Positions 28,746 to 46,607 of a stretch of 64,000 nucleotides of DNA are shown piece after piece (the stretch's first letter is position 1; every line of letters starts with the position of its first letter). This DNA is from the human T2T-CHM13v2.0 reference genome, Homo sapiens. The position numbers and the translations under genes are program-made. Where the stretch lies: NCBI RefSeq assembly GCF_009914755.1, contig NC_060935.1, one strand, 5' to 3'. A model generated the notes under the pieces. That model worked only from the letters and a program-made list of their open reading frames with translations, did no database searches and was not told the DNA's origin.

Positions 28746-29228
28746 CCACTCCGGGACAGGGATGGTCACTGCCACATAGTGGGAAGATGTTCTGTGGGGA
28801 CCTTGAAGAGTGGGGAGATGGAGAGTGATCGGGAGGGAAGGGTGATACAGAGGTGCGGGCAGAAGGCAACAGCCAGGAAGAAAGAGGGGTGTCGAGGTGG
28901 ACGGTGGGATTCCAGAGAGCTTTTCTTATTGAGTTACTGGGGGAAGTTTGTTTTTCTTTTTTTCTTTTTCTTTTTCAGAACACAGGATGGATGTGCCTGT
29001 CTCCTCTGGGAAGCTCTCCTCTCCTTCATCGTGTTATACTCGTGTTCACTCTACTCTCATCCTGTGTAGGGCAGGCAAACAGGGCCGTGACTCTGGCCCC
29101 TCAGAGCCCCTGGTTTGATAGTCTGTGTACAGCGTGGGGTATGTGATAGCAATTGCACCTCTTATTTTATAAATGGGTAAACTGAGTCCTGGAGACAGGG
29201 CTGTCCCTAGATGGATGTGGGTTCCCTG

Positions 29229-29678
29229 AGTTTAGCCCATCTCTTTCCTTACACGCAAAAGCAGACCTCACATCACTTGGTATCTCCAAACCATTAATTT
29301 ATACCAACGGGGACATTCCAAGGCCTGGAGCAGTTACTGAACACGACTGTGCAGCCTTCTCTGCCATATTAATATACTCAGAAATTAATCAATATACTTA
29401 ATTAATATATTAATTAATTAATATACTTAATTAATATAATTAATGTACTCAAAAATTAAACTCAGATTAGGTCCTTGCTCTACTTCCTGTAAAATCAAAA
29501 ACATTTGCTTGAAGACTGGACAGGACAGCCGGGGTGGGGGTGGAGGCAGTGCCGAGAAGAAAGACCTCAGTGGCTGGCGACGTCCCCAATTGTGGGGCTG
29601 TAGGTGCTCGGGGAGTGGGCAGCTGGTCCCTGCGGCCCTGAACGAAAAGTCCCGACTCTTCCCAAGCCAGTGTACTGC
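29229..29678. repeat. Composite templated insertion: direct copy + AT-rich stutter + inverted copy
   Basis: Base-by-base alignment to 28171-28321 and to the reverse complement of 27873-28097. Confidence 0.93.
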
Positions 29679-29769
29679 CCCCCCACTTGCAGGAGGCTCC
29701 ACTGTCGGCCCTTTGCCTGGGGATTTGGGGATACTATTCAGAGTCTGAATTCAAAATTCAATCAAATTC

Positions 29770-30177
<408 letters not shown>

Positions 30178-31119
30178 CTATCATTTCAGGGCTCTAGCCG
30201 AGGCCCAACATTGAGCTGCATTGTCAGTGAACCCTCTCAAACTGGGGATGATTTCTGTGCACACCTACATGATCCCAGCATCTGGAGCTTTTATCAGATT
30301 TCTTCAGATCCTCAGTGGCTCCCCAAAACCCTGGCTTCTTGCTCACAGGGTTGGAAAGAATTTATGCACCTTAGGACCTCCAAGTGGAAACCTGAAGTCT
30401 GCAGGAACACAGAGAATCAGAAATTTTCTCTGAGAGAGGTCAGGTAGGCTTCCTGGAGGAAGAGGCATTTGAGCAGGACTGCCTATGGCCTCCTGCTCTG
30501 GGCACAGAGGGTTTATGATCTCTGTAACAAAATGCAGATAAAGCACCTCCTGCTAAAAATATATATTCAGGCCAATGGAATAATTTATTCATCTCAACCC
30601 ACAAACATCGATTCAAACCTGGGCTGGACGCTGGTTCTGCCTGTTCATAGCTGGTGGTTTTGGGTGAGTCACTTAACTTCTCTGTGCCTTTGTTTCTTCA
30701 TCACAAGATGGAATAATTATGCAGCCTGCCTCAGAGGACTGTCGAGCGAATTAAATGAACTCTCAGATATTTCTGACAACTGGACCCTCGGTATTCGGCC
30801 TAGAAACCTGATTGGTCTCTAGCGAACTTCTTACTCTAGGCCAGGTCCTGTGCCCAAACCTGGGGAGCCCTGGTTGAGCACCACCCAGACCTGGCCTCCA
30901 GGAGCTCAGAGTACAGTAAGGGAGACAAATAGCAGACAGTGCTCCTGCATCCAGGTGCAAGTGGCCATAGGGCGTCATGGAGCAGCGCCCGGAGGTGCCC
31001 CCAGCCAGGCCCAGCTTTCGCCTGCCGATGCAGGCTCTGAGCCACATTAGCCAAGAAAGAGAGGAGGGGAGGGACCACTGAGGACAGGAGATGGACCTTG
31101 CTCCTTCTTGCTGTCCAGC

Positions 31120-31575
31120 AGACACACACACAGACATACGTGCACACCATGCACGCAAAAAGGCATACACATGTGCCTCTGCACACATCCCCACACAGCC
31201 CAAAATATACACATGTGCACACACTGGCACACACATGTACCTTGCAGGCAAACACACATGTACATATACATACACACGCATACAATACCTACTGACACAA
31301 AGGCACACATATGTCCATGAGCACAGGCTCACACATGAGCATACACAGTGCTACAAATATACACACTCCTGCACACATGGGAGCATATAACACACATATT
31401 CACATGTATGCACACATGCATACATACGCACACATGCACACACAAGGCAAAGACATACACAAACACACAAGAGCATATGCCATGCATACCAAGATTCACA
31501 CAGGTACATATGCACACACATGCACCTGCACGCATGATCACACACGTGGACACATGATCACACATGTGCATGCAC
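31120..31575. repeat. Degenerate (CA/CATG)-rich low-complexity tract
   Basis: Alternating purine-pyrimidine cacacatg units. Confidence 0.85.
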
Positions 31576-31713
31576 CCTACAAGAAGGCATCTTCTGCCCT
31601 CTGCACCAGGACGACAGAATTACCTTCAGTGCCATAAACCCAAGAACATCAAAGGTGGCAAAGACCAGGTCAGTGTGCTCAGGTTGTAAACAGAAACAAA
31701 AACCCCGCAAAAC

Positions 31714-31730
31714 AGCGCCATCTTGTGGTG
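31714..31730 (-). promoter_or_regulatory. CTCF motif (overlaps a YY1-type AAGATGGCG)
   Basis: Minus strand CACCACAAGATGGCGCT. Confidence 0.55.
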
Positions 31731-32559
31731 GCAGTGGGACCAGGCTGAAGGCAGCTGGCATCCTTCTTCCTTAGGGAGGGGTTTTTCCTAGAACCTGGCT
31801 TCCAAGGTGGGCTGAGTCAACTGTAACTCTCAGGCAGTACCAAAGCCACCCCTTTTATTCGGGGGAGGTCGGGATGCTCTGGACCAGCGGCTTTCCCTAC
31901 CTCCACGGCCCCTGTGCTGGGTCCTGGCCAGCCAAGGGTGACCAGGGCCCTGAGTCTGGCTCTGCTGGGGACTCTGGGAGCCTCCTTCTGTCCTGGGCTT
32001 TACTCACCTCATTCAAGAAATGAGGTTATTACACTGATGCTCGAGAGCCCAGATCCATGTGTGTCTAGAGCCACGCCCCTTAGCCTGGGGCATCCATGAA
32101 TAGACTGGGCTGCCCCCATATCAAACCGGAAAGCAAAGCCTCCTGGGTATCTCTGGCTTAGAGACCCGCTGGGAAATTGCCACCAGGGTCTCCCTTGCTG
32201 GAAGCTTCGGAGTGACATGAGATCTCAGGCCCTGCTTGGACCTTCTGACCCCTCAACTTTATCTTAAGAGCCCAGGGGATCTGGGCAGTGCCCCCAGAGC
32301 TCCCATCAGCACCCAGCACCCCTCACCTCCCCGAGAACCCCCTTCCCCTATGAAAGCCTCAGCTCTGAGACATAGACTGTTCCCCACCTGGTCCTCAGCC
32401 TTCCTCCCTGGCCCCCAGCCTGCAGGGACAAGGGCTCGTAACCATTCAGTGAACAGAAAACCAAGACACTTTCCTAGTGGAAATCGAGGCACGGGATTTC
32501 TCCCCACCTGCCCATTCAGATCACTCGCCTGGCAGGGCACAGGTAAGGACCCAGCTCTG

Positions 32560-32745
32560 AGACAGGCCACTGGGGCCAGATCCTGGTTCTGCACTCCCTG
32601 AATGGGTCCCCTGAGGCAAGTCACCTCCCCTCTCAGTGTCCTTCTCTGTAAAATGGGAATTACAATAGAATTTATCTCCGAGTTGTTTTAGGGAACAAAG
32701 GAAATATAATCCATGCAAAGTGCCTGGTCCACAGGAAGCGCTTTC
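32560..32745 (+). mobile_element. MIR
   Basis: ggcaagtcacctc...ctgtaaaatgggaat...catgcaaagtgcctgg. Confidence 0.75.
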
Positions 32746-32859
32746 GCATTGTCAGTGTTGGAGGTGATGTTTGCTTTGCAGGGCTGTTCAATCCCCTGCC
32801 CACTTCTAAACACATTTAACTTTGGGGAGGGGCCTCTTGGGGAGGACAAAAGAAGGAGG

Positions 32860-33380
32860 CTGGGGCTTCCGCTGCCCTCTGCAGACCTGGTGTGCGATGA
32901 CGCTGCAGCGGGGGACCGCGGTTTTAAAGGCATCATCGGTAGAAACGGCCTCACGCATTTCCATAATTCACTCTGCATCAATTAATCTTTCACTGTCGAT
33001 AGGAACCTGCGGCTGAATTCCCTCCCCGGGAGGACTCGCCATTCTCAAGCTCTGAGGGGTTTTCTTCTCGGCTGGCATCATGCTAATTTCCCTCGAGTAC
33101 CCCTGGAAAGAGGTTTTAGAACAAGACGTGGCGCTTGGCAGGAATTTGACATCTGAAACAACTGTCGCTCAGGGAGGAGGGGGTTGTGACATTTGCTAAT
33201 TGCCAATCGAGCACTAATGTGAGCATTGAGATGCTTGGAAAAATGCTTCTTCCTGCTGAGGCTGGATGGAGCTGGCTCACGGGCCACTGATACACCTGCA
33301 GGGCATCATCCTTTGCCATTGATAAATACCCTTCATGGATCTAAGGAGGGAAATAATAGGGAAATTTCCTTTTGGAAAAC
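32860..33380. promoter_or_regulatory. Candidate enhancer / conserved-looking unique block
   Basis: CpG retention, ATCAATTAAT, TGACA x2, CTAATTG, TGATAAAT, palindrome GGAAATTTCC 33360-33369. Confidence 0.35.
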
Positions 33381-34409
33381 CAGAGAGCATTGGCTGGGGA
33401 TGGGGGGCCCAGGTTCTGAAGCCATCACTGCCAAAAACCAGCTGAGCCACCAAGGGTGAGACCCTGCTCTTCCTCAGTGTCTGTGCGATGAGGGCCATGG
33501 CCCTTGCCGTCCTCTGCCTTTCCCTGACCGCAGACCCTGGCTTCTGCTGGAGCTCTCCCTTGTGTAAGGATGCATGGAGCAAATTTTAGGGGCCTTAGAG
33601 CCCTACGTCCAAACCTCCTCCAGCAGAGTCCCAAAGGGCCCCTGCCTACCTTCGCCTGCCTGCCAAGGGGTGCTGGCAGAAAGCAGGCAGGCGGTGCAGC
33701 CTCACCCTCTCCCACAATGGGCATGGGCCATGCCTGCTTCCTGCATGGCAAACCCCTGCTTCCAAGAGAAGCCTGAGGCCTGTGCTGAGAGGGCCCAGCC
33801 CCTCCTAGCATCTCTGGGTCATTTCCCTCTCCTCAGGCCTGGCAACCTCTAAGTTCAGCTCCTGGGAGCTGGGGTCCCCCAGAAAGGAGCTCTCCCCATT
33901 GCCAGCGAGAAGCAGCTCTAGCTCATTCTGTAGGCTAATAAGAGGGACAGCTCGAGAAATGAATGTGAGAATGGGACTGTGTGGGAACCCCCTGGAGAAT
34001 CCACGGGGCAAATATCTTTATGTTCCAACCCGATTTCCTCTTGTGGAATCTCGACTATAAAATCAGCAACACAGCTGTACTAATAACAAAAAAAAGCATC
34101 AATGTTCAACCACCTATGCTGTGCCAGGCTCAGTGCTAAGCACTTCATTCTATGAAATCTTCTGGAATCTTCTCAATAGCCCCACAAAGGGGGCTCTGAC
34201 ACAGCCCCTATTTTATGCAAACCAAGGCTCTGAAAGGCTCAAGTCTTCCCAAGGTGATTTAGGGCACGCTTGCTGAAATAATAACCAAGACATTTATTTG
34301 GGGTTAAAATCCTGATATTCCAGACTGAAATAGCTGCCCCTCACATCCTCCTCCAGCCCTGCACCCATGGCCCCGAGCCCCACTGTGGGTGAAAGAGCAG
34401 GAGGGCCCT

Positions 34410-34990
34410 CCCTGTGAAACAGCGTCGGCCGCTTGGCAGGGGTATTGCTCTGCCCTGAGTTCACGCTGATAACGCGCCCAAGGGCAATCACATCGTAACA
34501 GCCCGGAATTGTTCTCAGTCTAGAACGGACAATAAACCGCCCGGGCAGAATGTCTCCTCATCATTCTGCCGCCAGCCAACGGGCTCCAAGAGTTGTCATC
34601 TTGAATTTGTGCCCAACTCAAGGTGCCGGCCCAGGCTGGGTCACGGGGCCACAGGGCGCTTTCCAGGAAGGCACGCAGAAGGCATTCCAGCACGAGAAGG
34701 TGAAGCAGCGCGGAGGTTATTGACTTGACATGGGTCATTTTGCCCCGGCGTACCCCACGGGATACTGCTATCCTATATCTCCGGCAGGGCATTCTCTGGG
34801 CAAACAAGCCCACAGCCATAAATGGTGGCCTTTGCACACCCGGAATCGCTGCCTCATGGTGTTTGGATCACTGACCCGGTTTGTTTATTTATTGAGAGTA
34901 TTTTTAGCTCGCCCGCGGTTACCCCCGGGGTCACCAATTTTCCTTTTTAATCTTCTCTTTGAATAGAAAGGAAATGGACAGTAAGGTGCC
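34410..34990. promoter_or_regulatory. Candidate enhancer with CArG/TEAD/GATA/FOX/MEF2-like motifs
   Basis: TGATAA 34467, CATTCC 34683, CCATAAATGG 34816-34825, TGTTTATTTA 34882, GTATTTTTAG 34898; CpG-rich. Confidence 0.4.
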
Positions 34991-35480
34991 TGTCACTCGA
35001 ACGCTGGGGTAAGTCTGGGGCAGTGCATACGCCACCGAGGTCACACTCACGTCAGGGACGACACTGCCACAGCCAGCAAATCTCACTCAGCCAGCCCTCG
35101 AGGGCACCAGTGTGTGAGCCGACCCCGGGCCTGGCCAGAGAAGAGGGTCGCGGTGTCCGTGCAGGGATTCACCGAGAGTCCAGACCCCAGAGGGGCAAGC
35201 GGTCAGCACCACAGTCTCGCCCCGCAGCGCTGACCGCAGGGTCTATGGAACCCATTGGCCCCCCTGCAAGAGCTCCAGAGGTGATCCCCCACATCCTGTG
35301 AGAGATCAAGTGTATTCCAGAGAAGATTCCCAGGTCGCTCCGGTTTCCTCCCAGTTCTGGTGTCCTTGACTACTGGCTCTGCCATCTACCACCCTCATGC
35401 CTCAGTTTTCCCATCTCTAAAGTGGGGGCTAACAAGAGCGTCTACTCCATAAGTTTGTCCAGAGAGGTGAGTGGGGCGAA

Positions 35481-35577
35481 GTGCGCCTGTGTGCAGTGAA
35501 GCGCGCCTGTCCGCGGTGGAGCGCACCTGTCCGCGGTGGAGCGCTCATGTGTGCGGTGGAGCGCGCCTGTGCGTGGT
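35481..35577. repeat. 20-bp CpG-rich tandem repeat x5 inside a MIR
   Basis: gcgcgcctgtccgcggtgga variants; MIR core cctcagttttcccatctctaaa just upstream. Confidence 0.85.
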
Positions 35578-37557
35578 AAGTGGTGGTGATTGTTGCTACC
35601 ATCGCTGTTCCCATCAGTTCCCGCCACATGCATCTGTCAAGGGCCCCCAGGAAGCAGATGACCCACCCCCAGGGGTGGGCGAGATCAGGAAGCCAGGAAA
35701 GGATGGTTGGTGAAGCCCCTTGTTATTGTCTGAGGCCAGAAGGAGGCAGTTACAGAACCCAGCAAGAGAGGGAGCTGTCCATGGAGCCGGATGGGAGCTG
35801 TCGTGGCTGTGCGTAGGGGAGGCACACACTGCCCCCTGCGGCTGGGCAGGAAGGAAGCCAGCCCCTCTCTCCTTCCCAGCTCTGATCGGTTGCTGGCAAC
35901 CCCCACTGGCCGCTTCAAGTGGGGACTCCAAAGCCAGGAAGCTGGGGAACCAGCTGGTCTCCTGCGGCAGAGAAACAGGGTGAGGAGTCGGGGCTGGACC
36001 TGGAGGGGCAGGCGGAGAGTGACTAGCAGAGTGAGTGTCCAGTCCCTCCCTGTCCGGGTGCCTTTCTGTCAGCCACACTCCAGGTTCTGCAGGGAAGAAA
36101 GGCTCTGAGTTGGGGTCTGGAGAGGCCCGAGCCTGGCACCTGTGGCCAGGCTGGGTCATTATCCCCTGAAGGGAAGCAGGGCTGGGCTGAAGGTGGGGAG
36201 CCTCCCTGACCTGCCTAAGCAAGGCTTTGTGCACCTTGTGTCAATAAATCCAAGAGCAGGAACGTATGTCATCAAGCGGCTGGCGGTGCCATCTGGCCAA
36301 AGCAGGAGGCAGCCTCTGGGACAGTCACATGGACGATGAGGCCAGACAGGGCTGCACCCCTCCCTCGGAAACCAGAAGCACTGACTGCCTTTCAGCCAGA
36401 CATCCCTCAGTGATGCTGAACAACAATTAGGAATCAAATCCCCAAATGTCCTCCTGGCCTCTTTCCAACAGGAAGAGCCGCCCGGCCTTCCCTTTTTGCA
36501 GGACTGGGGCTGTGTCCTTGCTTTTGTGCTAATAATCCAGGAGTGCTTTAGGCTGTCAGAGCTGGGTACAAATTGCATTTTTGCAAATCGAAGAATGATT
36601 CCCCACCCATACTTCATTTCAGGGACACACGGATCGGTCTTGGAGCTAGACACTCTGACAGGAATCCAGGCCAGGGGCTCCTTCCCTGGGGGCCATGGTC
36701 CTCACCCTCTCAGCCTTGGGGGTCTCTTTGGGAATCCGTTGAAAGCTACAAAATCTCTACTCCAAACAGGGAAATGAGGTTGTGTGCAGACACGCTGCAT
36801 TTGCTATCATTTCAAGGGTCTGCCGACCTCAGGTTCTGAGCCCAGGCCTGGGTGGGGCCGGAGGAAGGCCCTCTGGGCTCTGCGAGAGTGAGACATCAGT
36901 GTGCCTTCCTCTGTCTTCACCGCCCACCACCAAAAATTGCCACGTCCTATAGATCCAAGCTCCTGAATATCAGGTGGCTCTGCACTCCTGTCCCCACTCG
37001 CCATCTCACTTGGGTTATTAAACCAGCCTCTAACTAGTCCCTCCACCTGCTGTGACCACCCCCAGGGCCCCCACCCCAAATCTATCATCTTCATGGCAGT
37101 AAGAGGGACTCTTCCTGAGCACCAGACTCAGCTTGTCCCTTCGTGCTGCAAACCCTGCAGCCCTTTACCACGTGGGGGCCCCTCGTTACCCGCAGAGGCC
37201 ATCTCACTGTCTGGGAAAGTTCAGACCTACGGATGCAGCGTGATAGCTGGCATGCTCCCTGCCCCTGCCGGCTCAAGCAGACACTGTGGCTCTGCCTACC
37301 ATCTCCAATCCCTCGCCCGGCCAAGCCATCCCTCGGGGCTCAGCTAAAGTGTCACTTGAATTGTGCATTCTTGCAGCAAGCACTGGGCATTTATGTGTGG
37401 CTTTACAGCTCTGGGTGCCAGTGTGGACAGCCTCGGAGCTGCCGTCAGCAGAGTTGTCAAAAATTGCACTGCCCCCAAAGATCCGGCCGGGCCCCGTGGA
37501 GCCAGTCAGGTGGAACTTGTTCCTGGACAGTTGACACCTGCAGTTTCAGGATTTGGA

Positions 37558-37989
37558 TGTGGTTCACTTGTTAACATTCCGTGTCAGCTTGGCCAGGCTG
37601 TAGTGCCTGGAGTTTGGTCAAACACTAGTCTAGGTGCTGCTGGGAGGGTATTTGGTCGACGTGGCTGACATCTGCAGTCCATTCACTTTAAGTCAAAGAG
37701 ATTATTCTCTATCATGTAGGTGGGCCTCGTCCCACCAGTTGAAGGCCTTACAAGCAAACAAACAGGTTTTCTGGAGAAGAAGGAATTGTGCCTCAGGTCA
37801 GTAACGTAGAAACTCTGCTGGGTTTCCACCCTGCTGGCCGGCCTTACAGATTAGGAATTTGCCAGTCCCCATGGCGGTGAGTCAATCCCTTAAAATCAGT
37901 CTCTCTCTCTCTCTCTCTGTCTCTCATCCCCTATGAGTCTATTGCTTCTGTTTATTGATTCTTTCCTCTGGGGAATCTGGACTGATATG
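37558..37989 (+). mobile_element. MLT2 (ERVL) LTR, MLT2D-like
   Basis: gtgtcagcttggc...tttggtcaaacactagtctag...gtgggcctcgtcccaccagttgaaggcc...gtgagtcaatcccttaaaat. Confidence 0.82.
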
Positions 37990-38724
37990 CTTACCTAAAG
38001 CGAATGCCACCGGAAACACAGGCCTTTGGGTGTGAAAATCTTTGGGTTGCTTTAAACCTTGTAAGAAAGAACCTTCTGTTACGTGGTGCCTTCCTAAGCT
38101 GGCTTGTCCTCAACTGCCAGGCTTCACTTGACTCCAGGGCCCTGTCTGTGCCAGCCAGGGAGCCCTGTTGGTGAATAACACAGACCTGGTCCCTGTCCCC
38201 AGGAACACACCATCTGTGGGGTCTTCCTGCCATCAGCACCCAGACACCCACCCAGCCGGGGTCTGGGCACCCTTTTCCTCCCACACCTCCCTTCCATCAC
38301 TGCCTGGCACTGAGGCATGTAGTCAATATCAATATCTGTTGAATGACAAATCCATTAGCATAGGGTACTCAGACATCTAAAAAATACATATTCTAAATAT
38401 CCGTTCATTTCTTTGGTTATCCCAAGCAAGTGTTTTCTGACCAATGATGTAGCCAGCCAACAGTCACCTGGCTGTGGGTAACCTCATGCCTCCAAACAGG
38501 GGGCTCAGGGGTCTAATAGACCCTTAAGGAGTCTAGGGACTTGAATGGGTGAGTCTCACACAGACTGGCAGAGAAGCTGGCTTGGGTCAGTAACACTCCC
38601 TTCTCAGCCTTTGTCTTGCTTGTTTTACTTATTTAATCCCTACACCCTAATCCAGTTCCTTGCCTCCCATAACAGCCCTTCTAATGGGAATTGTATGCCT
38701 TTTAGTGGGCATGCGGTCTTGCTA

Positions 38725-41170
<2,446 letters not shown>

Positions 41171-41454
41171 CTTTGCTCAAAAGGCATGCTTTGTATGACT
41201 TGCAGGGTCTGAGGGAGTGGGATCCTGGCAGTCCCTGTGGCCTTTCTTGGAAAGCGCAGGGCCAGAGCTCAGCAAAGGAGTAGATTCTGTGGCAGAAACC
41301 TCTGGAGAGGAGCACGACACCGCAGACATGCTGTGGACCAGGTGGCAGCTGCCAAGCAGATGGAACCTGCACCTGCCCAATTTGGCCAAAGAAGCCCCCA
41401 TACTCTCCGTGAAAAAGTCTTCCAGAAGCTATTGTGTCCATGACCAAGTCTCTC

Positions 41455-41926
<472 letters not shown>

Positions 41927-42464
41927 GTATATTTTTAATTGAAGTGAATAGGACTTTGTTATAGATTTCAATCCATTCTTCACTTTCAATCGAGTGTTGT
42001 TTTTACATAAACTTATACCTTTGGAATGACTGTAGAATTATTAAAAAGTTGCTAGGATAGTGCTAACAGTCCCCACGTGCTCTTTGCCTCCATATTAACC
42101 TCTTACATAGCCATATAAACATTTAGAAAATGAAGAGACCAACATCAGTACAATGCTGTAGCTGAATTCCAGACTTTATTCCCGAGGGCTGCATTCTAAA
42201 GATGCATCCATGTTACAGGCATGGGGCCCCTGACTGTGCACCTGCTATGCAGTGCCTGCTCACTCTGCTGGGGGTGGACACTGGCTGAGGCCCCCTCCCC
42301 ATTCTGGTTACAGAGCTGACACATTAGAGCTTCGCCTGCCTTCCAGCCGAGGAGAGAGCAGGGGAAGTGGCCTAGATATCTTTTTGCTATATTGATTTCC
42401 CACTGCTCTTTTCTGAAAGGTGTTAATGACCTCTAAGGCCATGATAGCCTAGACTGGCCGGTGG

Positions 42465-42881
42465 ATGCAGTTCCACCAGGACAGCCCCAGGCCATCTGTG
42501 GCCACGTGGCTTGAACTGTGGCAAGTCCAGTTGAAGACATGCTGTGAGTGTAACATGCACATGGGATCTTGAAGACTTTGTATGAAAATAAGGCCGGGCA
42601 TGGCGGCTCACGCCTGTAGTACCAACACTGTGGCAGGCTGAGGCGGGTGGATCACTTGAGGCCAGGAGTTCAAGACCAGCTTGACCAACATGGCGAAACC
42701 CTGTCTCTACTTAAAATACAAAAAATTAGCCTGGCGTGGTGGCACATGCCTGTAGTCCCAGCTACTTAGGAAGCTGAGGCAGGAGAATCACTGGAACCCG
42801 GGAGGTAGAGGTTGCAGTGAACCAAGATCACAGCACTGCACTCCAGCCTGGGTGACAGAGTGAGACTCTGTTGAAAGAATG

Positions 42882-42930
<49 letters not shown>

Positions 42931-43445
42931 AAGAGAAGGAGAGAACGAGAAAGAGAGAAAGAGGAAGAAAGAGAAAGGGAGGGAGGAAAAGAAAGAAAGA
43001 AAAGAAAGAGAAAGAAAAAGAAAGAAAGAGAAAGGAAGAAAGAAAGAGAAAAGGAGGGAGGGAGAGAGAGAAAGAAAGAAAAAGAAAGAAAGAAAGAGAA
43101 AGGAAGAAAGAAAGAGAAAGGGAGGGAGGGAGAGAAAGAAAGAAAAAGAAAGAAAGAGAAAGGAAGAAAGAAAGAAAGAGAAAGGGAGGGAGGGAGAGAA
43201 AGAAAGAAAGAGAAAGAAGAAAAGAAAAGAAGGAAAGAAGAAAGAAAGAGAGAAAGAAAAGGAAAGAAAGAAAATAATAAACATGGACAATATCTCACAA
43301 ATACTTAGATATCGATTTCATGTTGAAATGTTAATATATTGGGTTTATTGGGTTAAACAAAATATAGGGTTAAAATTAAGTTCACCTGTTTCCTTTTACT
43401 TTTTTATTGTGGCTAGTAGAAATTTTTAAATTACCTATGTGACCA
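42465..43445 (-). mobile_element. MER33 (hAT-Charlie) split by an Alu and GA tract
   Basis: ttcacctgtttccttttacttttttattgtggctagtagaaatttttaaattac; left part gaagactttgtatgaaaa. Confidence 0.8.
42592..43275 (+). mobile_element. AluS with a roughly 400-bp GA-rich expanded tail (42873-43275)
   Basis: Dimer followed by a (GA)n/(GAAA)n/(GGGA)n polypurine tract. Confidence 0.92.
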
Positions 43446-43758
43446 GCCCCAGGAAGGGGAAGGTTTGAAAGGCCCCCTTGCCCTGGTCTAACCCCAACCA
43501 ACCTTTGCTATCCTGCCTGAGTTGCGGCCACCAGCACACCCCTACCATCCTGCACCCAGACGGCAAACACAAATGCTGGAGTGACCACCGAGGGCTGGGA
43601 TTAGACTACAGGCCAGCTCCCCAGGGCTGCGGAAGCAGAATGAGTGCCCAGCTGGCCAGCCGGGGTCAGTGACCAGCAGTGTATGGCCCCGGCCACCACT
43701 GGGGTGCCTGCTAGCTGCTGCTGAGTCATAGGAACAAGAAATTTCTTGGCCAAACTAC

Positions 43759-44299
<541 letters not shown>

Positions 44300-44476
44300 T
44301 CATCTATATTCCTCACCCAGAATTAATCATTTTTAAGCTAATATTTTAATAGCTTACTTACTTCCTTAGTCTTTTAAAATATGTATTTATTATCTTGAAA
44401 CCATAGAATGAATAGATAAGAATATGTTGCCCTGAAAAAAAAAACGAAGAGAAAATGGTATTACTAATCACGCTAA

Positions 44477-45048
<572 letters not shown>

Positions 45049-45594
45049 CTTTTCTTTTCATTTATAAGACAGCATCACATCGTGTGTATTGTTTTCAGCT
45101 TGTTCTTCTTGAGGCAATGGGCCTGGTGTACCCTGAGGTCACACTCCTCCCACCCCCACCCCATCGCTGCTCCGGACAGTCGTCTGGGACAAGCTTTTCA
45201 GAGGGCAACGAAGCTGTGTCTACCAGTGTTTAAATGAGCACACCCTCTGAGCTGGCCTTCATGGTCTTGGAGTTAACCCCACTAATACCTTCCCACCTCT
45301 GCGCAGAGGCAGAGGCTCAAGGGTGCTGCTGCCACGTTGTTGATAGAAAAACAATAGCAACGAATGTGACAAATTATGACAACTGATGGAACAGACTTTC
45401 ACGAAACCATGAAAAAGAACAAGCAAAATCTATCTGAGCAGAGCCAGAGATCTCTCGATAAGTCAGGCAAGACAGAGAGAGGGCACAGCTGGGCGCGCCA
45501 GGCCTGGCTGTGTGCTCCCCGGGATGGCTGTGCCTGGAGCGTGTTTGAGGACCCGTGAGAGCGCTGAACATGGACCCTTGAGGAAGTGGTGTGA

Positions 45595-46163
<569 letters not shown>

Positions 46164-46607
46164 TCACACTTCCCGAAGCATGTGATTTTCTTCCGTCTAA
46201 CCACACAGGAATGGTTTGCTTTTACTTAAGGACAACTAAGCACATCTCTGAGGAATGCCGCCAGCCCCAGGGCTGGGCACGGGAGTCTGGATGGGGTGGC
46301 CTTCATGGTCTCTGGCTTCACCCTAGGAACAGAACTGGCAGCCCAGAGGCCCCTCGAGGCCCTGCTCACTGCCAGGGCGGTTGGCCATGACAATTTGAAT
46401 GTGGACATGTGGAGGCCACATGCCAGCTCCAGGCTCAGTCCGGCTGCTCCAGAAAGCCCAGCCTCCAGACATGCTATATCCTCAGGCCTCCTCCAGGGAA
46501 GCCCAGGAGGTCAGGCCCAGGTGACCCGTGGGCAGCCCCCGGAAGGGGCTTCTTTTTCTCTTTTCCTCTGATGGACAAGGAAGTAGAATGTGCAAGAGTT
46601 AATGCTC

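Noticed and set aside
42766-43298. F/S/L-rich and K/E/R-rich ORFs (also at 44575-44929)
   Set aside because: Alu tail microsatellites.
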